Source: Spirochaetes bacterium GWF1_51_8
GTDB taxonomy: Bacteria > Spirochaetota > Brevinematia > Brevinematales > GWF1-51-8
NCBI GenBank assembly: GCA_001829415.1
Contig: MIBE01000010.1
Location: forward strand, 69,926-133,925
Direction: 5' to 3'
DNA: 64,000 bases
Position 1 is the first letter of the stretch. Each line of letters starts with the position of its first letter. Under the pieces are notes generated by a model that worked only from the letters and a program-made list of their open reading frames with translations, did not search any database and was not told the DNA's origin. Positions 1-8,133 of the stretch are shown one piece after another. A program made the position numbers and the translations under genes.

Positions 1-519
1 GAACAGGACAAAGCTGTGCGAGAAAAATTCCCATCCGAGGAAATAGCTGAAATAGGCAAGCTCGAAGAAGAAGAAAAGCGATACCGAGGAAACGGCATGT
101 TTCGCGAACGGGTAATATAGTTTAAAGTCGGGGAAAACCTTGACCGCGACCGTGATCGCGATAGCCATCAGGACGAACGCCCCCGCAAGAAGCGGCAGTC
201 CCACCTTGTAGTTTCCGAATGTCAATCCCAGTTTCTTGAAAACATTTTTTCCTTCCAGAAGAAGTCCGGAGAGAAACGGGATCACGAACAGGTAAATAAA
301 CGAAGATGTAAACCAGATCATATACATCCAGTAATCGAGTTCCATCTGGTTCGTCGTTTTAATCCCGAAGATGCTTTCGCGGACAAACGTGTGGACGGAT
401 GGGTCGAAGCTGAGGTATTTATAGATCATGATCGACGCTACCGCGAAGGTGAGATAGAGCAGTTCCCGAGTGAGGTAGGGCTTGATAATCCCGATCAGTT
501 TTATAAACAGTTTTTTCAT
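1..519 (-). CDS. Polytopic membrane protein of unknown function; C-terminal part lies outside the window
   Basis: Minus-strand frame stays open from ATG 519-517 (preceded by AGGGGGAAAT) to position 1. Translation MKKLFIKLIGIIKPYLTRELLYLTFAVASIMIYKYL...LAYFSYFLGWEFFSHSFVLF is mostly hydrophobic helices. Absent from the ORF track because there is no in-window stop. Confidence 0.5.
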   Translation of the reverse strand, partial: MKKLFIKLIGIIKPYLTRELLYLTFAVASIMIYKYLSFDPSVHTFVRESIFGIKTTNQMELDYWMYMIWFTSSFIYLFVIPFLSGLLLEGKNVFKKLGLTFGNYKVGLPLLAGAFVLMAIAITVAVKVFPDFKLYYPFAKHAVSSVSLFFFFELAYFSYFLGWEFFSHSFVLF

Positions 520-770
520 ATTTCCCCCTGATGTTGAAATATTATAATTGAACGGAAGGGATTTGTAAATATTATTAAAATATAACGATTTTAACTTCGA
601 TAATTTGACATTACATATGGAATAATATTAAAATACAGGACTGTTTTTTTTCAAATCTGGGGTATGATTCTCACACAAGCTTGCTAATACTAGAAGTATG
701 CATAATAGAATGGGGATGCGGTGATAAAAAAGGGACCTTATTCTATTTGACTAACGTTTTGGAGGAAGCA

Positions 771-1490
771 ATGGCAAGAATCTTGATCGTCGATGACGAT
801 AAGAACTCCGCATTGGCTATTAAAGACAGCCTGGAGTTCGAGAGCTATGAGGCGATAGTATCCCTTTCCGGAAAGGACGGGATGAACCGTGCCCTCAACG
901 AAACCTACGATCTTATTCTGCTGGATATCTTATTACCCGAGGTTGACGGATATGAAATTCTGCGCGAACTGAGGAAGATCAAAAAAGATATTCCGGTAAT
1001 CATTGTATCGGGAAAAACTTCGGACGAGGATAAAGTCTTCGGTTTGAATCTCGGCGCGGACGACTATGTTGTCAAGCCGTTCTCGATGACCGAACTCATC
1101 GCCCGTATCCGCGCGCAGTTACGCCGTGTGAATATTCTTCGCGGTTCCAGCGTCTCTCATGTCGGCCCGTATCCCGGATACGAACCTGTCACTATCAAGA
1201 TCGGAGAATCGCTTGTGTTTCTCGATAAGATGATCAGCAAGCTGAACGATGTCGAGTTCCCGTTGACCCCGAAGGAATTGGGCATCATCCGCCTTCTCTA
1301 CAAGAACCGCGGAAAGGTTGTCGGGCGCGATATGATGATGAAAGAGATATGGGGCGAAGACGTCTATGTCACCGAGCGCGTGATCGATACGAACGTCGTC
1401 TCGATCCGTAAGAAGATCGGCGATACCGGGCGCAGGGCCAAGTATATCAAGACCGTTTTCGGCGTAGGGTATAAACTGATCGAAGGCTGA
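771..1490 (+). CDS. OmpR/PhoB-family response regulator (REC plus winged-helix)
   Basis: ORF 681..1490 trimmed to ATG 771, which follows GGAGGAAGCA. REC signature MARILIVDDD...DLILLDILLPEVDGYE...VSGK. C-terminal LTPKELGIIRLL...YIKTVFGVGYKL is a winged helix. Confidence 0.85.
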   Translation: MARILIVDDDKNSALAIKDSLEFESYEAIVSLSGKDGMNRALNETYDLILLDILLPEVDGYEILRELRKIKKDIPVIIVSGKTSDEDKVFGLNLGADDYVVKPFSMTELIARIRAQLRRVNILRGSSVSHVGPYPGYEPVTIKIGESLVFLDKMISKLNDVEFPLTPKELGIIRLLYKNRGKVVGRDMMMKEIWGEDVYVTERVIDTNVVSIRKKIGDTGRRAKYIKTVFGVGYKLIEG

Positions 1491-2507
1491 TTATTCAGTT
1501 CCGGATAACGAGTCGAGCGCATGCGAAAGCCTGCGGATATCGTGATAAGTATGTTCGGTCGAGAGGAATCCGATTCTTCCGGAAAGGAAGACTCCGTGCT
1601 TCATTAATTCAGCCGTATCGACCGGCGGCTTGAGAATAAAGATCGAGCCTTTCTGCGCGGCGATATGCCGTGCGGGTATTCTGTTCCACTCCTTCGCGCC
1701 CAGCCCGTGCCTTTTATAGAACTTCAACGTTTCATTGATAGCGATTGTCTTGTACACCGGGATCAATTCGCCCATAGGCGTCTCCCTCGATGCAGACATC
1801 ACTGCCGCGCAGTCCATCCCGTTCGCGAGGATATTCCCGCAGATTGAAAAATCCGTATTCTCCGGTTTGACCATCAGTCCGACACCGTCGCGGAATGCCG
1901 TCCTGTTCTCCACCGCGATCCTGACTTTCGCGCGGTAACCCATCGGGTCAACCGGTTCGAGGTTGTTATCGAAATCCAGCGGCTCGTAAAAGAGCACGCC
2001 GTAGTCATTATCGCGGATAGCGATCCCGCTGTTCGCCGCCCCGGCGGTTTTCAGGATATCCGACAGGTAATTTGAAGTACATCCTATCGTCCCGGCGGGC
2101 AATCCGCTTAAAAGCCCCGCAACCGCCGAAGAAATACAGTTGTAGAACGAGACGCTCTTGAACCGGAAGTATTCGGAGATCGTGGCGATGAGCCGGGTAT
2201 GGAATTTATTCATCATGCCGGACTCGGTCCCGGCGGAGATGCCGTTCTTGATAAAACGGGTCAGAGTCTTGTGGTTGTGTCCGGCGATCGCGCTTCCGTG
2301 ATTGAGGTGAAAATCCGCGTACTTGTTCCCATCGATATCGTAAAGGTAAGCACCCTTCTCCTTGTTGATGATGACAGGGTAGGGCGAACGGATATTGAAA
2401 GAATTCAGTTTTTCAGTGAAACGGCGGGAGAGATTATCCTTAAATTTCAGCGGATCGGGAAAGTCGGACAAAGCATCCTCCAAAAAATAAAGCGCCGCGT
2501 TCATCAC
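1491..2507 (-). CDS. HemL-like (class III aminotransferase fold) protein, shortened and lacking the PLP-binding lysine
   Basis: KGAYLYDIDGNKYADF...AGHNH aligns by eye with the HemL N-terminal region, and FLSTEHTYHDI with the HemL C-terminus. The position equivalent to LGKIIGGG reads ICGNILANG (Asn codon at 1833-1835). The protein is 338 aa against about 426 aa for HemL. Confidence 0.6.
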   Translation of the reverse strand: MMNAALYFLEDALSDFPDPLKFKDNLSRRFTEKLNSFNIRSPYPVIINKEKGAYLYDIDGNKYADFHLNHGSAIAGHNHKTLTRFIKNGISAGTESGMMNKFHTRLIATISEYFRFKSVSFYNCISSAVAGLLSGLPAGTIGCTSNYLSDILKTAGAANSGIAIRDNDYGVLFYEPLDFDNNLEPVDPMGYRAKVRIAVENRTAFRDGVGLMVKPENTDFSICGNILANGMDCAAVMSASRETPMGELIPVYKTIAINETLKFYKRHGLGAKEWNRIPARHIAAQKGSIFILKPPVDTAELMKHGVFLSGRIGFLSTEHTYHDIRRLSHALDSLSGTE

Positions 2508-2532
2508 GCGACGCTTATTAAAAACAGTTTAA

Positions 2533-4083
2533 TTATCTGGCGTATTCGACCACACGTGTTTCGCGGATCACCGTGACCTTGATCTGACCGGGATACTTCA
2601 TCGTACCCTCGATCTTTTTCGCGATATCCCTTGCGACCATGAGCGAGGTTTCATCATTGATCTGCTCGCTATTGACAAAGATACGAATCTCGCGTCCGGC
2701 TTGGATCGCATAAGCCTTATCCACGCCCTCGATCGAGGTAGCGATACTTTCGAGGGTGTGCAGACGTTTGATATAGTCCTCGAACGATTCGCGGCGCGCG
2801 CCGGGACGAGAGGCGGAAATAGCGTCGGCGGCAACGATCAGCGATGCCTCGACAAACTTAGGCTCGACTTCGCCGTGGTGCGACGCGATCGCATTGACGA
2901 TACCTTCGTCCATCCCGTACTTGCGTACGACCTCGGCACCGGAGAGCGCATGGCTTCCGTCGCCGTTGGATTTGATCGATTTACCGATATCGTGAAGGAG
3001 ACCCGCGATCTTGGCGTTATCGATATTGCTGCCGATCTCGCCCGCGAGCATTCCGGCGATATTCGCCACTTCAATCGAGTGGAAATAAATATTCTGACCG
3101 TAACTGGTGCGGTATTTCAGTCTCCCGATATAAGGATAGAGGTCGCGGGGCAGGGTCACCTTGAGATCGATACAGGCCTGTTTGCCGAGTTCGACGATCT
3201 CCTGGTTGATTTCCTGTTCGACCTTGAGGATGATCTCTTCGATGCGTCCGGGATGAATCCGGCCGTCGACAATCAAACGCTCGAGGGCGATTTTCGCGAT
3301 TTCTCTTCGGTAGGGATCGAACGACGAAATCACCACCACTTCGGGTGTGTCGTCGATAATCAAGTCTATTCCGGCGATCGATTCGAACGCCCGAATGTTT
3401 CTACCTTCTCTTCCGATGATGCGGCCCTTCATTTCGTCGTTGGGCAGCTGTACTGTGGTAATGGTCTTTTCGGCTGTGACTTCCGCTGCATTGCGTTCGA
3501 TAGAGGCAACGATGATCTCTCTGGCTTTCGAGTCGGCTTCATCGCGAGCGTCTTCTTCGATCTGCTTGATCAGCTTGATCGAATCGCGTTTCGCTTCATC
3601 CACCATTTCGTTTAAAAGCTGCTGTTTTGCCTCTTCAGCGGTCATCTGCGCGACTTTTTCAAGTTCACGGAGGTGACGCTCGTATGCCTTCTGGAGTTCC
3701 TGTGACTTTTTCTGGAACTCCTGTTGCTGCAAAGCGAAATCTTTTTCTTTCCTTTCGAGGCCTTCGTACTTCTTATCCAGAGAATCTTCTTTTTGGATCA
3801 TTCTCCTCTGAAGCTGTTGGAGTTCGTTATTCCGTTCGTTGAACTCCCGTTCCATCTGTTTACGCTCATTAAAGATGTTGTCTTTAGCTTCGAGCAGGAT
3901 CTCCTTTTTCTTGGTTTCAGCTTCTTTCTGAGCTTCCGCCAAGACCTCTTTAAACTTTTCTTCCGCCGAATGCAACCGGTTCTTCGCATACCACATCCGA
4001 ATCCCGAAACCGGCCGCTAAACCAATTACTAGAAGAGAAGGGTACAAAGCAATTTCCAATGGTGTCATGAGTTTCCCCTTCAA
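2533..4083 (-). CDS. rny: Ribonuclease Y (N-terminal TM helix, coiled coil, KH domain, HD domain)
   Basis: 516 aa. KH motif GRIIGREGRNIRAFE and HD motif LLHDIGK...ASHHG. The long Lys/Glu-rich coiled coil after a single TM helix is typical of RNase Y. Confidence 0.93.
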   Translation of the reverse strand: MKGKLMTPLEIALYPSLLVIGLAAGFGIRMWYAKNRLHSAEEKFKEVLAEAQKEAETKKKEILLEAKDNIFNERKQMEREFNERNNELQQLQRRMIQKEDSLDKKYEGLERKEKDFALQQQEFQKKSQELQKAYERHLRELEKVAQMTAEEAKQQLLNEMVDEAKRDSIKLIKQIEEDARDEADSKAREIIVASIERNAAEVTAEKTITTVQLPNDEMKGRIIGREGRNIRAFESIAGIDLIIDDTPEVVVISSFDPYRREIAKIALERLIVDGRIHPGRIEEIILKVEQEINQEIVELGKQACIDLKVTLPRDLYPYIGRLKYRTSYGQNIYFHSIEVANIAGMLAGEIGSNIDNAKIAGLLHDIGKSIKSNGDGSHALSGAEVVRKYGMDEGIVNAIASHHGEVEPKFVEASLIVAADAISASRPGARRESFEDYIKRLHTLESIATSIEGVDKAYAIQAGREIRIFVNSEQINDETSLMVARDIAKKIEGTMKYPGQIKVTVIRETRVVEYAR

Positions 4084-4180
4084 AAATTTTAAAAGCTACA
4101 CACCCATAATTTTATAACAAATCCACGGTTAGTCAAGAAAAAGAGGGAATTATTTGATTTTCGGCAGTATTTGGGCTTAA

Positions 4181-4391
4181 TGACAAACTCATTTTATCTT
4201 TGCGTGGCATCATGGTGAGCTTGCCTGCCTTCTCCTTCGGAGAAGGAGACAGGCCGAACCATAGCCGAAGCAATCTATTTAATTACTGGATATATCAATT
4301 AAATAGACTGCTTCTACCGCGCTTCAAAAATTTTTCGTAGCGCGGTATCGCAGTGACAAAAAATCGTGCATTTCATGACTTTGTCAACACG
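4181..4391. repeat. Palindromic mini-repeat, copy 1 (long imperfect hairpin with a nested sub-hairpin)
   Basis: Arms GAAGCAATCTATTTAATT (4267-4284) and AATTAAATAGACTGCTTC (4297-4314). Outer arms TGACAAA / TTTGTCA. Nested UUCG hairpin CCTGCCTTCTCCTTCGGAGAAGGAGACAGG at 4224-4253. Related copies at 30612-30750 and 51684-51844. Confidence 0.85.
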
Positions 4392-4561
4392 CCCATTGAT
4401 GGGTTTTTATCAGATTAAAACATGAAATATAAACAGTGTATGATGAAATAACTTTACACCCGCCGCCACTCGATTCTCATGATACTATCCTATCGGGCGG
4501 TTTTTTGACGTCACGTCTTCACGGTGTTATACTATATCCCAATTACAGAAAGGAGCGGCGT

Positions 4562-5371
4562 ATGAACGAAGGCTGGAAGAAGTACTCGGAGGCCAACCGT
4601 ACCGCGTGGAACGAAGCCGCGCCCATTCACCGGAAAACGAGGCCAGTAGACCTGAACGAGTTCTTCTCGAAACCCGGCGCGTCCCTGCTCGATCCTGTCG
4701 AGACCGGAATTCTTAAGTCGTTCGGCCTCGACGGTAAGACCGTAGCGCAGCTATGCTGTAACAACGGGCGCGATCTCATCTCGATTGTCAACATCGGGGC
4801 GAAATCCGGGACGGGCTTCGATATCTCAGACGGTTTTATCGAGGAAGCCCGTGAACTCGCGAAAACCGCCCGCGCGGATTGCGAATTCGTCCGCACCGAC
4901 ATTCTCGACATCGGACATGAATACGACAACCGTTTCGATATTGTCTATATCTCCATCGGCGCGCTCGCGTGGATGCCCGATCTCGAAGTGTTCTTCGGGA
5001 TTGCCGCCCGCATCATGAGGCCCGGCGGAAATCTTTTCATCTACGAGCACCATCCGATGACTTATCTCATTCCGTTCGAGGAATCCGGGTTTGCGCCCGA
5101 GGGGCTTGTGCTGAAGCCGGAGTATTCCTATTTTAATAAGCAGACAATTGAGGGACGGGGGCTGGACTATTTCGGCTTCACTGAGTACGGCGCGTCGAAG
5201 AACTTCGAGTTCCAGCATACGTTGGGCGAGATTGTCAATTCGGTGATCGGCGCGGGGATTGAGCTATGTGAACTCAAAGAGTATCCGCACGACATCGCTA
5301 ACGGATTCAAATGGGCGGAGGAGATGGGAAAGTTCCCGCTGAGCTATACGTTGACCGGGCGGAAGAAATAA
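4562..5371 (+). CDS. Class I SAM-dependent methyltransferase
   Basis: ORF 4436..5371 trimmed to ATG 4562, which follows AGGAG. Motif I-like VAQLCCNNGRDLI, then FDIVYISIGALAWMPD and GGNLFIYEHHP, typical of the Methyltransf_11/23 fold. Confidence 0.8.
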   Translation: MNEGWKKYSEANRTAWNEAAPIHRKTRPVDLNEFFSKPGASLLDPVETGILKSFGLDGKTVAQLCCNNGRDLISIVNIGAKSGTGFDISDGFIEEARELAKTARADCEFVRTDILDIGHEYDNRFDIVYISIGALAWMPDLEVFFGIAARIMRPGGNLFIYEHHPMTYLIPFEESGFAPEGLVLKPEYSYFNKQTIEGRGLDYFGFTEYGASKNFEFQHTLGEIVNSVIGAGIELCELKEYPHDIANGFKWAEEMGKFPLSYTLTGRKK

Positions 5372-5402
5372 GGGCGGTTCTAAAAACTGCTAACATTTAT
5401 AA

Positions 5403-5999
5403 CAGGAGAGTTCTAAAAATTCTCCACGGATGCAAAACCATCTGTTCTTTCTTTCTTCAAAACCAGAAAGAAAGAACCAAAGAAAGAGGTTCCCCGCCCG
5501 ATGCCGTTCCGAAGAAGAAGGGCGCGAAACGGGAAACGCCGAAACTCGCGTTCAACTGCCAAAAAAAAGCGTTAGAAAGTCACGCTTCGGACATCGGCGT
5601 TTCTTGCCGTTCCGCTTGGTAGAAGTCACGGCATAGCGGCGGGGTTCGAACAGCCGAAGATATAACTACATGGCAGAATTGAACTTGGCTGTTTGACCCG
5701 CGCACTTTAAAGCGCTTTAAACTACCGGAAAATCCGACCAAGGGCGCATGTCCGACACAGTCCCGTTGTCGCTCAAGAGGTCATTTCATGCGAGTTGCGC
5801 CCGTCTCGGATTTTCCTGCTGTTCTCCTGAGCTTTATCAGCGCGCCGGGTAGCTTGCCCCGCGTTCCTTGCGGGGTTCTTTGCTTACTTTCTTTCTGCCC
5901 GCTCACCGCGCCTTCCGCCGATGGCGTCGGCGGACAGGGAAAGAAAGTAAGAGTGTATTCATAGATTTTCTAAAACCCTTAAGGTTTTTAGAAGTACCC
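5403..5999 (+). repeat. About 600-nt hairpin-dense non-coding element, copy A (candidate large structured RNA or non-autonomous mobile element)
   Basis: Reverse-complement match to 54055-54654. Multiple perfect stems, for example 5444-5456/5465-5477, 5533-5542/5594-5603 and 5727-5737/5806-5816, and a long-range pairing 5492-5506/5629-5644. No ORF is conserved between the copies. Confidence 0.9.
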
Positions 6000-6036
6000 A
6001 ACATTAAGTATGATATATCTTGATAGTACGCCCAAT

Positions 6037-6081
6037 GGTCACCTCCTTGCCTGCCTTCTACGAAGGTTATTAGAAGTGACC
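6037..6081. repeat. Small palindromic unit GGTCACYTCC...GAAGTGACC carrying a half copy of the GCCTGCCTTCT module
   Basis: GGTCACCTCCTTGCCTGCCTTCTACGAAGGTTATTAGAAGTGACC. The same outer arms occur at 51616-51649. The inner GCCTGCCTTCTACGAAGG matches the sub-hairpins at 4224-4253 and 30708-30733. Confidence 0.7.
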
Positions 6082-6087
6082 ATAGAA

Positions 6088-7395
6088 CTAACGCTTCCCC
6101 CATATCTTTACCACTGTCTCTTTCCCTTTTACCTTCGTCTCGCCGAGGGGCAGGAAGCAGTCCTGGAGTTCCCGAGGCAGGCATGAATAGAGCGTGTCCG
6201 TTACGATCAGCGGGTTGGCGTAGTCTTTCGTGAGTCCCTCGATCCGCGACGCGAGATTGACCGTATCGCCGATCACGGTAAACTCCTGCCTGTCCAGACT
6301 TCCGATAGTGCCGAGGAGCGCTTCGCCGTAATGGATGCCGATTCCGTTCTCGAAAACAGGCTCGCCGAGTTTAGTCCATTCGCGGTTGAGATCGGCGAGC
6401 GCCGCGCGCATCGCTATCGCCGCCCGGACCGCGTGATCGCAGGGGTACTCGAGCGGGGTCAATCCGCCGAAGTAAGCCATTACTGCGTCGCCGATAAATT
6501 TGTCGACAACCCCGCCGTGCGCGGTGATGCACTCTACCATCCGGTTGAAGTAACGGTTCAGATGCCCGACCACCTGTGTCGGTGAACGGGATTCGCTGAA
6601 GGCGGTGAACGAACGGATGTCCGAGAAGAGCACCGCGATCCGGTGTACCTCGCCGATCGTGCCGGATTTCTCGCGAATCAGCTTCTCCTTCACTTCCTCG
6701 GAAACGAATTTCCCGAAGAGCTTGCTGATGGACTGTTTCTCGTTGAGTTCGCCGAGGATTCTATAGATGAGCGATTTGAAGTGCGAGGACAGCGCCGCGA
6801 CGAGGTAGCCTGTGAAGATCATTGTCAGCGCCTTGAACATATGGAGCGGCATCGATGTCAGGTCCTGGATGACAGTCGGGCTTGCGCCGGATAGTCTGCC
6901 GAGCTCCGATGCCGCGAGCAGGGAGCATCCCGCGTATCCGATCCCGGTGAGCCATCCTCCCAGCCTCGACAGCGTCTCGTTAAACAGGAAGCCCGTCATC
7001 ACAATCAGGAAGAAGTTTAGGTAGGAGAACGGCCCTGTGATATACGCCGCGGCCCCGCCCTCGATAAAAAAGTGGCTGAGAATAAAAAGTGTAGTCGGGA
7101 TAAGGAGATAGGGGATAAAGATGCCGTAGATCAGCCGCACCGACAGCTTACCCGATCTCGCCGCGATGAAGAGGATGAAAGAAAGTATCCCGCCCGCGAA
7201 CGCCATCAAGCCGGGGATGAATACGTCGGCGATCAATCCCCACACTGTCAGGAGGAGGATGAACGCGCCGCCGCCGAGCCCCAGTATCGCGGCGAAAATC
7301 CCGCCGTTCTGGAGCACGGTGTTGACTTCTGTCCGAATTTCCCGTTCGACGATACTCCTGTCGAAATCCTTCAAATCTTTCATTTTATCCGGCAT
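6088..7395 (-). CDS. Membrane-anchored class III adenylate/guanylate cyclase
   Basis: 435 aa. N-terminal half has about 6 TM helices. C-terminal CYCc signatures VLFSDIRSFTAFSE, KFIGDAVMAYFG and FTVIGDTVNLASRIEG. Confidence 0.88.
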   Translation of the reverse strand: MPDKMKDLKDFDRSIVEREIRTEVNTVLQNGGIFAAILGLGGGAFILLLTVWGLIADVFIPGLMAFAGGILSFILFIAARSGKLSVRLIYGIFIPYLLIPTTLFILSHFFIEGGAAAYITGPFSYLNFFLIVMTGFLFNETLSRLGGWLTGIGYAGCSLLAASELGRLSGASPTVIQDLTSMPLHMFKALTMIFTGYLVAALSSHFKSLIYRILGELNEKQSISKLFGKFVSEEVKEKLIREKSGTIGEVHRIAVLFSDIRSFTAFSESRSPTQVVGHLNRYFNRMVECITAHGGVVDKFIGDAVMAYFGGLTPLEYPCDHAVRAAIAMRAALADLNREWTKLGEPVFENGIGIHYGEALLGTIGSLDRQEFTVIGDTVNLASRIEGLTKDYANPLIVTDTLYSCLPRELQDCFLPLGETKVKGKETVVKIWGKR

Positions 7396-7414
7396 CGATG
7401 CCTCCGTGGAAAAC

Positions 7415-7870
7415 TTACTGCCAGAGCAGGCAAACTCCCGCCGCGAACGCGATACCCCAGATCATCCCCGCGATCACTTCCAATGGCGAATGCCCTTTAA
7501 ATTGAGGAATCTTGCGTTCGTAGGTCTGTTTCGCCGCTTCCAACGACTTCTGCCCCATTTCGAGCGAGCATTCGACCGCGGTACGGAGTTTGAGGATGTC
7601 GTAGATCAGAATCGCGGACACCGACGCCGCGAGGGCGAACAGGGGCGATTTCCAGCCCGACGTGATCCCGACCGCGACGGCCGCCGCCACGATGAACGCG
7701 GTATGCCCCGACGGTATCCCGCCGTACTTGGAAATCTGGCGGATATCCGGCGGCTTGCCCTTGAAAATAGGCAGGATCACCTTAAATAACTGTGCGGATA
7801 CCTGAGCCGCGAGCGCGGCGGCGAGCGGTTTATTAAAGATCAGCTCCCAGAAATTCCAATCGTTCGGCAT
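7415..7870 (-). CDS. Divergent PAP2 (DUF212, acid phosphatase/haloperoxidase-related) membrane protein
   Basis: 151 aa. YGGIPSGHTAFIVAA and GHSPLEVIAG motifs with 4 hydrophobic segments. 19 nt upstream of the cyclase gene, so probably co-transcribed with it. Confidence 0.75.
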   Translation of the reverse strand: MPNDWNFWELIFNKPLAAALAAQVSAQLFKVILPIFKGKPPDIRQISKYGGIPSGHTAFIVAAAVAVGITSGWKSPLFALAASVSAILIYDILKLRTAVECSLEMGQKSLEAAKQTYERKIPQFKGHSPLEVIAGMIWGIAFAAGVCLLWQ

Positions 7871-8091
7871 AGTATTTCTCCATTGAGTGATGGAATATTA
7901 TATACCCGAAAAAACAAACGCGCAATCGGAAAAAGGAATGTAGATCGTCTTGATACACTCCGCCTTCGGCGTCATACCCGATGACCGGATCTATACGCCC
8001 CGAAGGGATCGATCTATCGATGGAAAGGGGGAAAGAAGAGATAGGTGATTCTCTTCCCTTTATCTGCGAGGGGAAGGGGATAAGAAAATGT

Positions 8092-8120
8092 AAAAAAAGC
8101 CCCGGACGGATATCCGGGGC
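8092..8120 (-). terminator. Rho-independent terminator downstream of the hydrolase gene
   Basis: The minus strand reads GCCCCGG-ATATCCGT-CCGGGGC followed by TTTTTTT. The stem is 8099-8105/8114-8120. Confidence 0.8.
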
Positions 8121-8133
8121 GTAAGTAGTACGG

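Noticed and set aside
2701-3615. 304-aa + strand ORF, plus several shorter ORFs, inside the rny region
   Set aside because: It is antisense to a very well supported RNase Y gene. The translation is low-complexity and rich in Arg, Asp and Gly with no motif. This is a typical shadow ORF.
5643-5650. GGTTCGAA T-loop-like motif in both element copies, considered as a possible tRNA or tmRNA
   Set aside because: No acceptor stem, anticodon arm or CCA context surrounds it. It is more likely a T-loop-type tertiary motif or coincidental. I found no tRNA gene in the window.
5311-6184. ORFs 5311..5622, 5430..5636 and 5903..6184, and the counterparts 54103..54378 and 54429..54665, inside the 600-nt elements. 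These include a GGAGG-ATG in copy B (start at 54288) and a short basic peptide MPFRRRRARNGKRR..
   Set aside because: No reading frame is conserved between the two copies: indels shift the frames, and substitutions are not biased toward synonymous changes. Copy A lacks the GGAGG site. The peptides are low-complexity products of GA-rich or GC-rich hairpin arms.
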